Positions 30,947 through 40,859 of a DNA stretch of 40,859 bases are shown here, in pieces. The first letter of the stretch is position 1. Every line of letters begins with the position of its first letter. Source of the DNA: Hydrurus foetidus (taxonomy: Eukaryota); the NCBI GenBank assembly GCA_900617105.1, contig UYFQ01000458.1:1-40859 (forward strand). The letters run 5' to 3'. The notes under the pieces were generated by a model. It ran no database searches. It saw nothing but the letters and a program-made list of their open reading frames with translations, and was not told where the DNA came from. The position numbers and the translations under genes were made by a program.

Positions 30947-33908
30947 TCAGGTTGTCTGTGTTGGAGGGTTTTCCCCGTCCAAGTCATTATTGACTGGAGG
31001 TTCTTGGACCGCGGTGGATGGAATTGTGTCCGGCAGATTATTCGTGGTTAGTACCATTGAATTCTCTATACGGGTCCACGGATCAGTATGGTTTTTATGG
31101 CCGAAAAATTCGGGCATAACTTTAACTAAATTTAGATTTTTTATGGTATCTATACCTATAATTAAATCTATTTCAGAGTCTTCGGCAATGCGGACTGGAA
31201 GAGAAAAGATGTATTTTAAAGAATCTTTTTTAAATGATACAACAATATCAAGCACAGATTTGGATTCAATACACTTATTATCTAAACCAGAACAAATCCA
31301 CATAGGTGAATCGGAGTCGCGTAAGCGGTGTTCGCCCCGTAGGCCCTCGAGGACTCTACGGTTAATGACGTCACCGACTTCGCACCCCGTATCTATCTGG
31401 GCCAGTGCATCCATGCCTCTACTTTGAGGAGTAGGGCTTGTTGTCTTTCGCCTTGTCGCGCGCGAAGGCCTCTCGCTCGTTGCGTTGGCGGTCGCGGTCG
31501 CGGTTGTCGGTGTCTGCTTGTGCGCGGTCGTCTTTGCGAGGGCGCTCGTCTTGTCTTGGGCCATACTGATCTGTGGGAGAGATATGTTGACTTGTAAGTA
31601 ATCATTTACTTTTTCAGGTAGTATTGCTGAAAGTAATGTACGTGTTCGAGGTAAGTCGATACGCGGTAAAATCGCGACACTGACAGGTGGTGTTGAAAAC
31701 TCACTTCTTCGTCTGTCGTCGTACGCCGGCTTTTTAACCTTGCTGTATGGTGGTGCACTGGTGCCTTGCCGAGGGTTTGACTTTTGTTGGGTGTTACCCA
31801 TGTCAATGTCCTCTTCTTCCGTGGGGAATTCGAAGTTTGGCAGGACGTGGATTTGTTTTCGCTCCCGGGATACTCCGCCCGATGGAAGATGTGCATCGAT
31901 TACAAAATATTTGTGACCGAGCCTTCTCAATTCGATCCCCATGAGGGATTCGGACCACATTTTGTGCGAGTTGTTGCAATGCTCGTTCATGTGGAATCGG
32001 CAATTGTAACGGTTGTGTCCGCTGCGTCCACAGGTGTGGCACAGCTTGGTGTTGCGGTCAAGGCCGAGGTAACGTGGTACCTCTGGCTGACGCTTTGCGA
32101 TCGCCTTGTATGGTGGTGCGCGTGTGTCCTCCTCTGGATGGAATCCCACTGCGTGCAGGTTGGAGGAGTATGATGCATTAGACAACGAGCTTCGTTGTCT
32201 TTTTGCTTCCTCGGTAGTTGGGCTGTCTGGAGTGGTCCAGCGGTGTCTGCTGTTCCCCAACTCCGCTGCGTCGTTGACGCATTGACGTGCGATGTTGAGG
32301 TGGTCGCTGAGTCGCATGTACATGTCTTGGATGGTGTCTCTTTTTGTCTTCTTTATGGCTGTCTTTGTGGCCTCCAAGAATTTCATCCCGAGTGCGTTTT
32401 CTGCTGGAAGCTTTTTGTAAAATGCTTTGCAGATTTCGTTCTCGCGCTCAGGTGTGAGGTCGGTTCGGTCTGAGTACTACAGACTGATGATCTCCTCAAA
32501 CCGAGTGATCGATGCCTCTTCGACGTTTGCGCAAACTTGTATGCTCTGATCTTCTCATTACAATCGTAGGTCGTGTTGGACGTCCTAGTTGCTTGTGAGA
32601 AGCAGGCTGTCAAGTCCTTTGCGATTTGTCGGATCGATAGGGTGACCCCGCAGATGACTGGCCAAGTGGAACATTCGGGTTGGGTGAACCCAAGGATTGC
32701 CTTCATTCCATTGAGTCTGAACCTTATAGGTACCAGGGCATTCTCGGTAATGATCTGCTTCCAATGTGTTTTGAAATTGGGCAGGTTGGCTTGATCGTGG
32801 AATGCTTGGATGGTAGCGGGACCATCTGTCAAGAGTTTCTCGGCGTTGAGCATGAATACCTCATTCATATTGATGAGTGTACGCTGTTGTTGATAATTCT
32901 CGTCTGATAAGACTGAGGTATCACTCTGCTCATTGTCGATGTCTTCCTCCACCTTGCGTCTGCGTGCAGCCTCTGTTGTTTTTAATTTCAACGCGGCGCT
33001 TGTCGCCGCAGACGTCTTTGGTTTAGGCTTCGGAGTAGGGATGGTCTTTTTAGACACATCTTCCTTAGACTCTTTTGCTGATGCAGGTTTTAACTGCTCT
33101 GCTTTCTTTGTCTTTTGTGGAACGATGATTTTCTTTCTTGTGGAAATCTTTTTTGTTTGTCTTGGCGGAGACTTAGTCTTGCGCTTTTGGACTCGACTGA
33201 CTCGTCTGACGATCGATCGTCCTCATCAGACACCGACTCGGCGACTATAACGTTGTCGTCGTCGTTGTCGTCGATTCCTTCGTCGTTTTCGATCTCGCCC
33301 TCATCCTCTTCGTCCTCTCCCGACTCTAAGTCCACCTCCATCGAGGTTTGAACCCTGGTCGTTCGAGATGATTTTCTGACGGGGATGGGCTCACTCTCGA
33401 TTGACTTAGTATCGTCAGGGACATCTTGTTCGATTGATTTCTTGTCTTTCTCGTTGCCTCCTCTTCTTCGTTTTGGTCTGCCTTTTGGGCTTCCCTCTAC
33501 GTCGATGGTTTTGGCAACTGAGGTGCTAGAGCACGGACGAGATCGAGCGCAGATCTCACGTTCTCGTCTCTCGTCTTCGTCCGTTGCCGCTAGGACATAT
33601 GCAATCATGGCCGCTTCGTCTTCAGTCGTTGCGTCTGATGTCTTTTGAGCATCTTGTATACGCTTGCGTTCTGAAGACCGTTCGGAGTTGCGGGCGGCAA
33701 TCTCGTCGGGAATGCGTGTGGCAGTGGCTGAGGCCTTTATGGCTTGTCTGGCCATGAGTGATTTGCTTCTAGCAATGTTTTCTGCTCTCATCTTCTCCTC
33801 GGCCTTTCGTGCCTTGCGAATGCTAAGCATTGTTGCGCTTGGTAGGCCGAGGGAAGTAGTATTTGCTCCTGGGGAGGCTGATTTGTCAAGGATATCTTGA
33901 GCTTCCAT
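30947..33908 (-). pseudogene. Gypsy gag + aspartic protease with long charged N-terminal extension, broken by frameshifts
   Basis: ORFs 33090..34073, 32383..33057 and 30947..32386 lie in series; zinc knuckle CHTCGRSGHNRYNC; protease QIDTG...DLIIGID; first ATG at 33908. Confidence 0.8.
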
Positions 33909-34469
33909 TGTCTTCGTCTTCGCTACGATAATGGTCGGTAGTTTACTGAAGGGACCGCGACGGAACTCGGACGCGGTGGATTTAGAAAGAGGAAGGATAG
34001 GTTGAACTTTTGTGAAGACTGGTAGGTGTAGAGTGGAGTAGTAGGAAAAGGAGGATTGGATTGGTTTGGTCAATTTCGGGAGGAAATTGACGAGAATTTC
34101 GGGAGGAAATTTCTCGGCGAGGCCTGCAGAGCGAGCAATCCCACGAACGGAGCGTTGCTAATGGGTCCTTAAGTAGCGCTTTCGATGCTGAAAGCTACTA
34201 ATGGCGTATCGGCTTTCGTGTGACGAAAGTTTTCGATGGGATTTCTTGATTTCGCGAGGAATCGCTGAGATCGAGCTTCGTTAAGACGAAGAGATAGAGG
34301 CTGTCGCTTTGCGAATCAACTCTCTACATAGTCTAATAGTCATTTCTGTTACAGAAAGCTATTGACAATCTCTTTTTGCTTCGAAAATGAGTCGGCTAGC
34401 GGTTTGGGAAATTTTGAGTTGGTAATCGGCTTTCTTCTTGAAAGGCTAGCTGATTCCAAGTAAGCTTAC

Positions 34470-34652
34470 TGTGGTCTCACTGAGGCCTTGGCTGGGACGG
34501 GGATGCTAAAGGATAGCAATGTGATTAGCTTACAGATAAGCACAGCAGATATCACGCAACAAATCGTATTGATCGGATCGTCCTCAATCCGAACCGTGCG
34601 TGCGTTTGTACCCGAACCCGGTATACCCAGTATACTCGGTGTACGGGTCACA
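34470..34652 (-). repeat. 5' LTR of the Gypsy element (183 bp)
   Basis: TG...CA ends on the minus strand; the first 66 bp recur at 35974-35909 directly after a polypurine tract; it interrupts a Copia protease frame. Confidence 0.75.
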
Positions 34653-35865
34653 GTGCGAGTAGGGGGGCCCGATGGAGAAGAAAGAACTGTTACATGAGTA
34701 AGAGGACGGAGAGGATCAGGACTGTAAGTGGCACCGCAACGTTGGAGTTGGCCGAGGCTGAGGAAGTTAACAGGTATAGTAGGAGAGAAGTAGGCATGGT
34801 TCATTGAATTAGTGGTCGGTAGGCAGAGTAGGTGACCGCTGTGTGTGACTGGACAAGATCCACCGTCTCCACCGAGGGAGAAAGGGACAGGTAGAGGTGT
34901 CATGTTGTAGAGAAGAGATGGATCGTTGACGGTATGAAACGAGCAAGCGTTGTCCCAAAAGGAGGTGTGGGGTCTTAGAGGGGTGTGTGTGGTTGAGTTC
35001 AGTGCCAGGGGGCCATAAAAGAGAGCGAGAGGACTTGAGGCGTTGTTGACAGTGTTGGACCCTAGTTAGGCTGAGTCCACGTACTCGGAGGCCTCAATTG
35101 CTGCTTCAGCAATAAGGAGCATTGCTGCATTGGACGCGTCGGGTGTGGTGGCGAGGTCGAGTTGGCTGAGGAGGGCTCGAAGGCGATGCGAGGTGGAGGT
35201 AGGCGTGGCAGATGGTGGTTGAGTAGCAGGGACAGCGTTGGGGTTGGGTACGCGATTGGGATTCTTAGAGCAGTGAGCTGACTGGTGACCATATCGCTGG
35301 AATTTATCCTTAGCACCAGCTGCAATGAGTGGGGTTGAGGTGTGGCTTAGTGCTGCCGGCGGCTTTAGCTGTCTGCGACTTGGTGCGTGTGTTGCTGTTT
35401 TGGGTTGTTAGAAGGGCAGAGCCTTGAGAAGATACGTCGTCACGTGTGAAGGAGAGGGAGTTTGCGATTTTCCAGGCCTGAAGTGGTGACATGAGTGCGG
35501 CGGGATCTGGGAAGCGATCAGTCGGGTGATTGTGGAGTAGCTCGTCAAGTGCGCGGCGGAACTCGGTGCGATTGAGACCGGCAAGGTATAGAAAGCTGGT
35601 GAGTTCTGGAATGGAGACAAAACCTGGATGGTCAGCGGATTCAAAGTCAAGCTTGAAGGTCTCCGTCATAGAGTTCACGAGGTCTATGTAAGCTTTATGG
35701 GGCAGGTCTGCTTGTGCGACGTTGACGTAGTTGCGGGTGCGGTGAAGTTTGGTAGCTGCATTCCCAATAGAGTGGATATCGCGGATCATTACGTAGAAGG
35801 CGTGGCTGCGGGCACCAATAGGAAGTAGTTGATACGCTGGATAGTTGGCATGAGTCTTGACTGCA
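34653..35865 (-). pseudogene. Fragment of another Copia element (gag, zinc knuckle, protease)
   Basis: Gag-like ORF 35310..35933; frameshifted knuckle CSWC...GHQSAHC; Copia-type protease FWDNACSFH...NFLSLGQL at ~34965-34740. Confidence 0.72.
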
Positions 35866-35908
35866 GTATGAGACGCGAGATATATATGTGTGTACAGATG
35901 GTTCAAAC

Positions 35909-35985
35909 ATTCGGTCTGTGTGTACGTTTGCACCCGAACCCGGTATACCCGGTATACTCGGTGTACGGGTCACACCCCTCTCCCT
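35909..35985 (-). mobile_element. PPT + start of a 3' LTR related to the Gypsy LTR at 34470-34652
   Basis: AGGGAGAGGGG (35985-35975) is followed directly by TGTGACCCGTACACCGAG...; 58/66 identical to 34652-34587. Confidence 0.78.
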
Positions 35986-36236
35986 ATGAGCTCCTCGCTT
36001 GCCGAGCACTAGGGGAAGGCCGCATTACTTTAAATGAATATGTTCTTAATGTTAACTTACGGGTGGTGTCGCTTGCGCGCTAGTTTATCCGCCCCCCCCT
36101 ACCCGCCCCTGACTGGTGCTAGGGGCCGGGGTCGCGGGGCGGACCGTGGGTCTGGATGCCCTTCACCCAACGTCACTCAAGGGCGTCGCACCCAGTGCCG
36201 CTGACCCTCCCCTAACCCCTGCCGCTCCCGGGTACC

Positions 36237-37521
36237 TCACTTGCGCCCAGCTGGGAGTAGCTTCATAACGTCGCTGACCTCGGGGCGACGACCGCCCACG
36301 AGACTGTTGGCTGCCAAGGGGCCCAAGCCTGTCGCGTAGTCGTAGGTCGTGTTCATCACCTGCGAGTTGGGGGCGTAGTTCCCGCGGTCTCTGCGGTCGT
36401 CCTCCGACGCGCCGAGTGCCCTTATCTGAGTGATTGCGCCTTTCCTCAACGAGTGCGAACTGAAGTAGTTCGGGGGTAAACCGTTGAGGACACATGTCTT
36501 CTTCAGCTCCTCCCTCACTGTCCTCGCCCGCAAGTGCACCCTCTTACCGCTCAACCCGTGACAGCTTAGGAGCTCCTCAGTACCCCAGCTCCACTCTTGA
36601 CGACGATATGAATAATGTCATCAAGGAATTCGCTCTCCTCGGGTGATCGCCTGGAGACAAGCTTCTCCTTGTTGGTGACCTTTCCCTTGGTGCTCGTACC
36701 TTGTACTCTGCATTCCGCGATCTGCAGCGTCCCTCCGGGAATGTCGGAGACGCCCAATGAGGACAAGAGACTTCCTGACACGATCCTCGTGCCCCCCGTC
36801 GTTACGACCACGAACGAAAGGTCATCCGTCTCACGCAGTGGTCCACGTCCCCCGGCTCTGATTTGGTGTACTCCGACACGCGGGCGCCCAGCTCGAACCC
36901 CCACATGCAACCCAGGTATGTCATCCTGCATTGCATGTCTACCCATTCCCATCCCTTCCCGACCCATAGCCGATTCCGGATATCGCGGACGATGCTCTCG
37001 CACACCGGGAGCTTAGCCGAGCTTGTTGCACCGTTGTCCCTCCGGGCCCGCAGCTCCTCTGGTTTCATCATGCACGCTGCTCGTGCCGTCGCTACGACGG
37101 GCTCCTCCAAGAAGGATGCGGAGAGTGCAGCACATACAAACTTCATCCGGACGCCCGCTGTGAATGACGTCGCCGCCTTACCTTTGTGACCAGCCTGATG
37201 CTTACGGGCCATCATGAGCGCGACCATCGTAGCTTTTCCTTGCACATCCATCCCGGACAGGAAGGGGTCCACCGTCCGCGTCTCCTCGCACACGAACTTC
37301 GTCCACGCTGCCCAATGGCCATCGTAGACCCTGTTTGTTTTTACTGCCACCGACTTTGACACGAACTCGGACAGAACGGTGCGGCTCTGTTCCGAGATGA
37401 CTCCTCCTGCGTGGTGGGTGGGGTCCGCCTCCTCCCTACTCTGTCCGGCCGCTGGTCCCTGGTCCGCTCGCGCTACCGCACTAGACGTCGCGATCCTCCC
37501 TCCGCTGTCACTGCCGCACAC
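36237..37521 (-). pseudogene. Tyrosine recombinase, two frameshifts
   Basis: Core-binding region (Y..HW..W..F), GFELGARVSEY (Arg), TSTKGK (Lys), SSHSLRKG (HxxR), RGNY...TTY (Tyr) across ORFs 36802..37521, 36566..37003 and 36237..36554. Confidence 0.85.
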
Positions 37522-37721
37522 CGCTGCGAGAGTAGACGTACAAAAGGGGCGGTGGAGTGACGTCTCATGAGCGGTGACTGGCCGTATATGTGTGGTGCAA
37601 GTGTAGGGTAGTTAGGGTAGGTCCATCGGCGAGGGGTGTAGGGTGGTTAGGGTATAGGGTCCGTAGGCGGGTATGCACCGGGTCTGGGCTCGTCCCACTG
37701 GCCGCTGTCTATGTGATGTGG

Positions 37722-38570
37722 CTAGTGTTCTCCAGGCCGACCCGACTGATGCCCCTGCTGCGTCGAAGTCAGGAACATGTCGATGGCGGTCTTCGCCTGC
37801 ACCCAGAACCGGACAAAGTCTCCCTCCGAGTCGAGCTTGACCCTCGGATCACATAGTCTGACAATGCCGATGGCACTGTCCACTCCACAGAGGTCCAGAA
37901 CCGCCACATTCCCCAGCCCCATCCTCTATACATCCTCTGCTATTGATGTAGTCGGATGGGTACCTTTCCTAGATAGGAAGCCGCAGTTCTTATTGTCCAC
38001 CCCCGCTATGTGCGTGACCTCGGTTACGTTGATGTCAGCAGCAAGGCATAGTAGGGTCCATACCATCGACGCGTTGGTGACGATGGAGCCCCTTGGCCTT
38101 TCCGTGAAGGCCCATGTATTTGCTGTGACGCCGTCACCTCTTAGCGCTAAGCTCCTTCCTGAGAAGCCGAGTAAGATCTGCCCTGCGACTGCGATTATTG
38201 CTCCTATGAACTCGGCTAGATTCTGGTAGGAAGAATCGTCCCCGAACTCTAGAAATCTCAAATCCACTGCACAGACACCCAGCGCTACCTCTGTGCCACC
38301 CCCGCGTGCGAACCAAATGAGTCCTGCCCCCTTTAACGTCGCATCGAACTCCGCAACTCTGACTGGCGTTGTGGGTGCGAAGGACTTGATTGTCCGCGTG
38401 AAATCAGTTTCACGGTTTCTCACGAGGCATAACATCGCTCGCCAGCACTGTATGGCGATGACGGCCTCGGAGGACAGGAAGAAGAGAGCATGAGGGTTGG
38501 TGCGCCCCCAAGTGACCCGATTGAGTGCACTGCAGAAGGGGCGCATGACCCGGCTATCTTACCGTACCGC
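37722..38570 (-). pseudogene. DIRS-type RT C-terminus and RNase H with a premature stop
   Basis: EFDATLKGAG, QNLAEF, RGDGVTA, HIAGVDN..CGFLSR; in-frame TAG at 37928-37926, with the same frame continuing as ORF 37722..37922. Confidence 0.82.
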
Positions 38571-39646
38571 GTAAATTGAGCGACGATGAGTATCCTCGAA
38601 ATCGGGCGTTTCGAATAATTGTGACAAGGTGCTGTCACGGACTAACATTTCGATTTTCAAACATCGCATTTGAACCCACTTTTCAAATGTATGCTTTTCA
38701 AAAACGGACTAAGCTACGTTGAGGCTAATAAAACGACGTGGGGAGGCGGTCCACGTTCCGTACACCGCGTGGCGCTGTCCCGTTGTATTCCCCCCTATCT
38801 CCATCCGGCTCCGGTCAGCGGTCCCTGCTCCTTTCACGCCAGAGAACCTGTACTGCAGTGGCGGCATCTCCTAATTTTCTAACTTTACCGAACGCACCCA
38901 GAGTGTTTGCGAAACCTCGTATTTTAAAAATACAAGTTTTAAACCCGTATTTTCAAAACCTCACTATTCACAAAATTTCAATCGCTTGCGAAAAGGTGCT
39001 CTGCAAGTGACGAGTTTGAAATGTATACAACATCGAAGTGTTGCCCAGAAAGTGCTGTTGGACACTGTGACAGTTCAAATCACAATCTCACAGTGGATAT
39101 TGATTGCTTCGCGAGGCCACTTTCCACGATCATAATCATAGTGAATGCAGTAGTGGAACAGCCCAAATATCAGTCCCAGGACGACGAGTTGGAACAGCCC
39201 AAATATCAGGAAAATAAGCGCAGTCCTTAAGAGGCAAACTGGCATTGGGACACATGTTCTTTGAAGGTCGGTAATGAAGTTCGTTATTTGTTTAAGCTCG
39301 AATGACATTTTTTTTTAATCTCCAATCGATAGACCGGTATGACGTCTTCTATATGGAGTAAGGCAGATAGTTCTTTCTGTAATTTCCATCTTCTAATCCC
39401 TCCACATACCTCGAATTTTCAAGAATTTTTCACACCATGATGACGGCAGAGACAATTTGCGATCCCGCGGCAATTGATGAAGAATTGATGGAGCTAGTTG
39501 TACTATACGGCTTCTCTCGTTGTGATGGATAGAGTCGTATCTCGCGAGATAGAAGTCGTGGAAATTTGGAGAAATGAGTTTGACAAAAATGGTACTTTAA
39601 AAAGCCGGGTTAAAAAGTCGTTTTGCACAAATACGAGATTTCGCAG

Positions 39647-40012
39647 TGTCGGAATAACTGTGTGCTAAGTAACCGTATAAGTTATTACGTATGTACATTT
39701 AATGACGTTTCGTACGTCGTGTGCCACGTGGAGGTCGCTACTCCACCGGTTCAAGTTCTTTTTCCACATCCAGGAACGTTAAAAACGAAAGTGCACCATG
39801 TTTGACTGTGCGGGACAGATCGAATTTCTCGACTGTCTCCACGAATGATGTAAGCTATGTTGCATTGTTAATTACCTTAAACATCACACCAAACCCACTT
39901 TCGCCTTGAGCCCGAGAAAGTGAGCAGAAGCCAGGTTGAAGTTGCAGAAGGAGAGCGGACCCAGGAAGGATTTAGTTGCCCATTCAGTGGAACTAAAGCG
40001 TGGACTCCGACA
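39647..40012 (+). repeat. 5' LTR of Copia-3 (TGTCGGA...TCCGACA)
   Basis: Perfect 7-bp inverted termini; ends 25 nt before the gag ATG (the Copia-1 spacing is 26 nt). The partner LTR is outside the window. Confidence 0.78.
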
Positions 40013-40023
40013 TAATTAACAAT
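40013..40023 (+). promoter_or_regulatory. Non-tRNA primer-binding site TAATTAACAAT, putative self-priming partner of LTR 39864-39874
   Basis: Exact reverse complement of ATTGTTAATTA inside the LTR. Confidence 0.75.
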
Positions 40024-40037
40024 TGCACTTTGATCCT

Positions 40038-40859
40038 ATGAAAGGAAAAGCTGCAGACAAGAAACTATCTGGCAAGGGCGGCCCTACCAACGGTGGCAGA
40101 GGCAATGCCGGCCGGCCGTGGAGGCTTCAAGCCTCCACCCCGAACAGGAACGTAGCAGCCATCGGCGCGTTCCTGGATTTGGGGAAGGAAATGAACCATG
40201 GTAGCGTAAGCGCATGGATGAGAAAATTTAGAGAGTATACGCGGACCAACTATAAATCAGACATTTGTGACATATTTGGAAACGAAGGCATACTGGAAGA
40301 ATATCCCGTCCTAGTGGCTCCTGCCGATATAGCGGAGGACGCGAACTTCATGCAAATTGCAAGATGGAAGAAGACACTGGACCTCTACGACAAGAAAATG
40401 ATCGAACTAGAGACCGACAAGAATCAGGTCTTCGGCCTGATGCTAGGTCAGATAAGCGAGACGTCTAAGGCGACTATCCGCGAAACTGAACCGGGCCTGG
40501 CCGCGATCACAGCGGAGAACCCGCTATTATCCATGAGAGCCATCATCCTCACCCACCTGTCCGACCCGAAGCTGGGAGCAGACGAGAACTTACTGCGGGT
40601 AAGGATGGCCTATGAGACCGTAAGAATGGAGCCCAACGATGTCCTCAAGTACTACTACCAGCACTTCAAAGCCCTGAAGACTGGATACGATGACACCAAA
40701 CGGGTCATAGGGATCGAGCCGGTGTATACACCGGCCATGACCATACACGAGAACCTTCTCACGGGTATGAAGTTCATGAAGGGACTCAACTCGGGGTATG
40801 AACAGTTCGTAGAATACTACGAGCATGGCATCAAGGACTGGCCAGATTCGCTAGATGAA
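40038..40859 (+). CDS. Copia-type gag (partial, 274 codons, no stop in window; absent from the ORF track)
   Basis: Manual translation MKGKAADKK...WMRKFREY...VFGLMLGQIS...ENPL...KFMKGLN...WPDSLDE parallels Copia-1 gag (LKEY...IRSMCS...DDPL...RFIDGL...YPKTLVE). Confidence 0.78.
   Translation, partial: MKGKAADKKLSGKGGPTNGGRGNAGRPWRLQASTPNRNVAAIGAFLDLGKEMNHGSVSAWMRKFREYTRTNYKSDICDIFGNEGILEEYPVLVAPADIAEDANFMQIARWKKTLDLYDKKMIELETDKNQVFGLMLGQISETSKATIRETEPGLAAITAENPLLSMRAIILTHLSDPKLGADENLLRVRMAYETVRMEPNDVLKYYYQHFKALKTGYDDTKRVIGIEPVYTPAMTIHENLLTGMKFMKGLNSGYEQFVEYYEHGIKDWPDSLDE

Larger units (their letters stand above)
28362..34652 (-). mobile_element. Ty3/Gypsy LTR retrotransposon, 3'-truncated (5' LTR present; no integrase C-terminus, PPT or 3' LTR seen)
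   Basis: Order gag-PR-RT-RH-IN; 183-bp TGTGA...CCACA LTR at 34652-34470; similarity to integrase appears to end near LYGNAINMD (~28392). Confidence 0.88.
36237..38570 (-). mobile_element. Decayed, 5'-truncated tyrosine-recombinase retrotransposon (DIRS order)
   Basis: RT-thumb remnant and DIRS-type RNase H followed by a tyrosine recombinase on the same strand; termini not identified. Confidence 0.85.
39647..40859 (+). mobile_element. 5' part of a third Copia-like LTR retrotransposon (runs off the window)
   Basis: 366-bp LTR with 7-bp terminal inverted repeats, an adjacent non-tRNA PBS, and a gag-like frame open to the window end. Confidence 0.8.

Noticed and set aside
30935..30985. Programmed -1 frameshift at GGGGAAAAC between Gypsy protease and RT
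   Set aside because: In the upstream frame the site reads G GAA AAC, not X XXY YYZ, and a break between PR and RT is atypical; a homopolymer indel is simpler.
37604..37660. Interstitial telomere
   Set aside because: Only scattered TTAGGG-like words inside a retroelement, with no tandem array.
38580..39646. Gene or DNA-transposon call for this stretch (hairpin at ~38620-38640; 19-bp repeat GGAACAGCCCAAATATCAG at 39155 and 39191)
   Set aside because: Only short ORFs with no recognisable motif; no partner TIR or TSD found in the window.

Overview
Eukaryotic DNA (GT-AG introns, LTR and DNA transposons; a protist/alga such as a stramenopile is an inference). The window is a transposon-dense block around one host gene pair. 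In order: (1) a multi-exon, frameshifted gene with a Ulp1/C48 cysteine-protease domain; (2) a Copia-type PPT + 3' LTR remnant; (3) an 8.2-kb PIF/Harbinger transposon (22-bp TIRs, TGA TSD) containing a second, distinct 4.36-kb Harbinger (41-bp TIRs, TAA TSD), each with a convergent ORF2 + DDE transposase pair; (4) two tail-to-tail P1B-type heavy-metal ATPase genes with near-identical cores but independently expanded N-terminal repeats; (5) a full-length Ty1/Copia element (391-bp LTRs, GTAAC TSD); (6) a 3'-truncated Ty3/Gypsy, a Copia gag-protease fragment, a second Gypsy PPT/LTR fragment and a decayed tyrosine-recombinase (DIRS-order) retroelement; (7) the 5' part of a third Copia. Main finding: two Copia elements with dissimilar LTRs both lack a tRNA primer-binding site. 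In each, the 11 nt right after the 5' LTR are the exact reverse complement of an 11-mer about 220 nt into its own LTR, with compensatory changes between the two. This is the signature of Tf1-style self-primed reverse transcription, here in Copia elements. All alignments and counts were done by eye.
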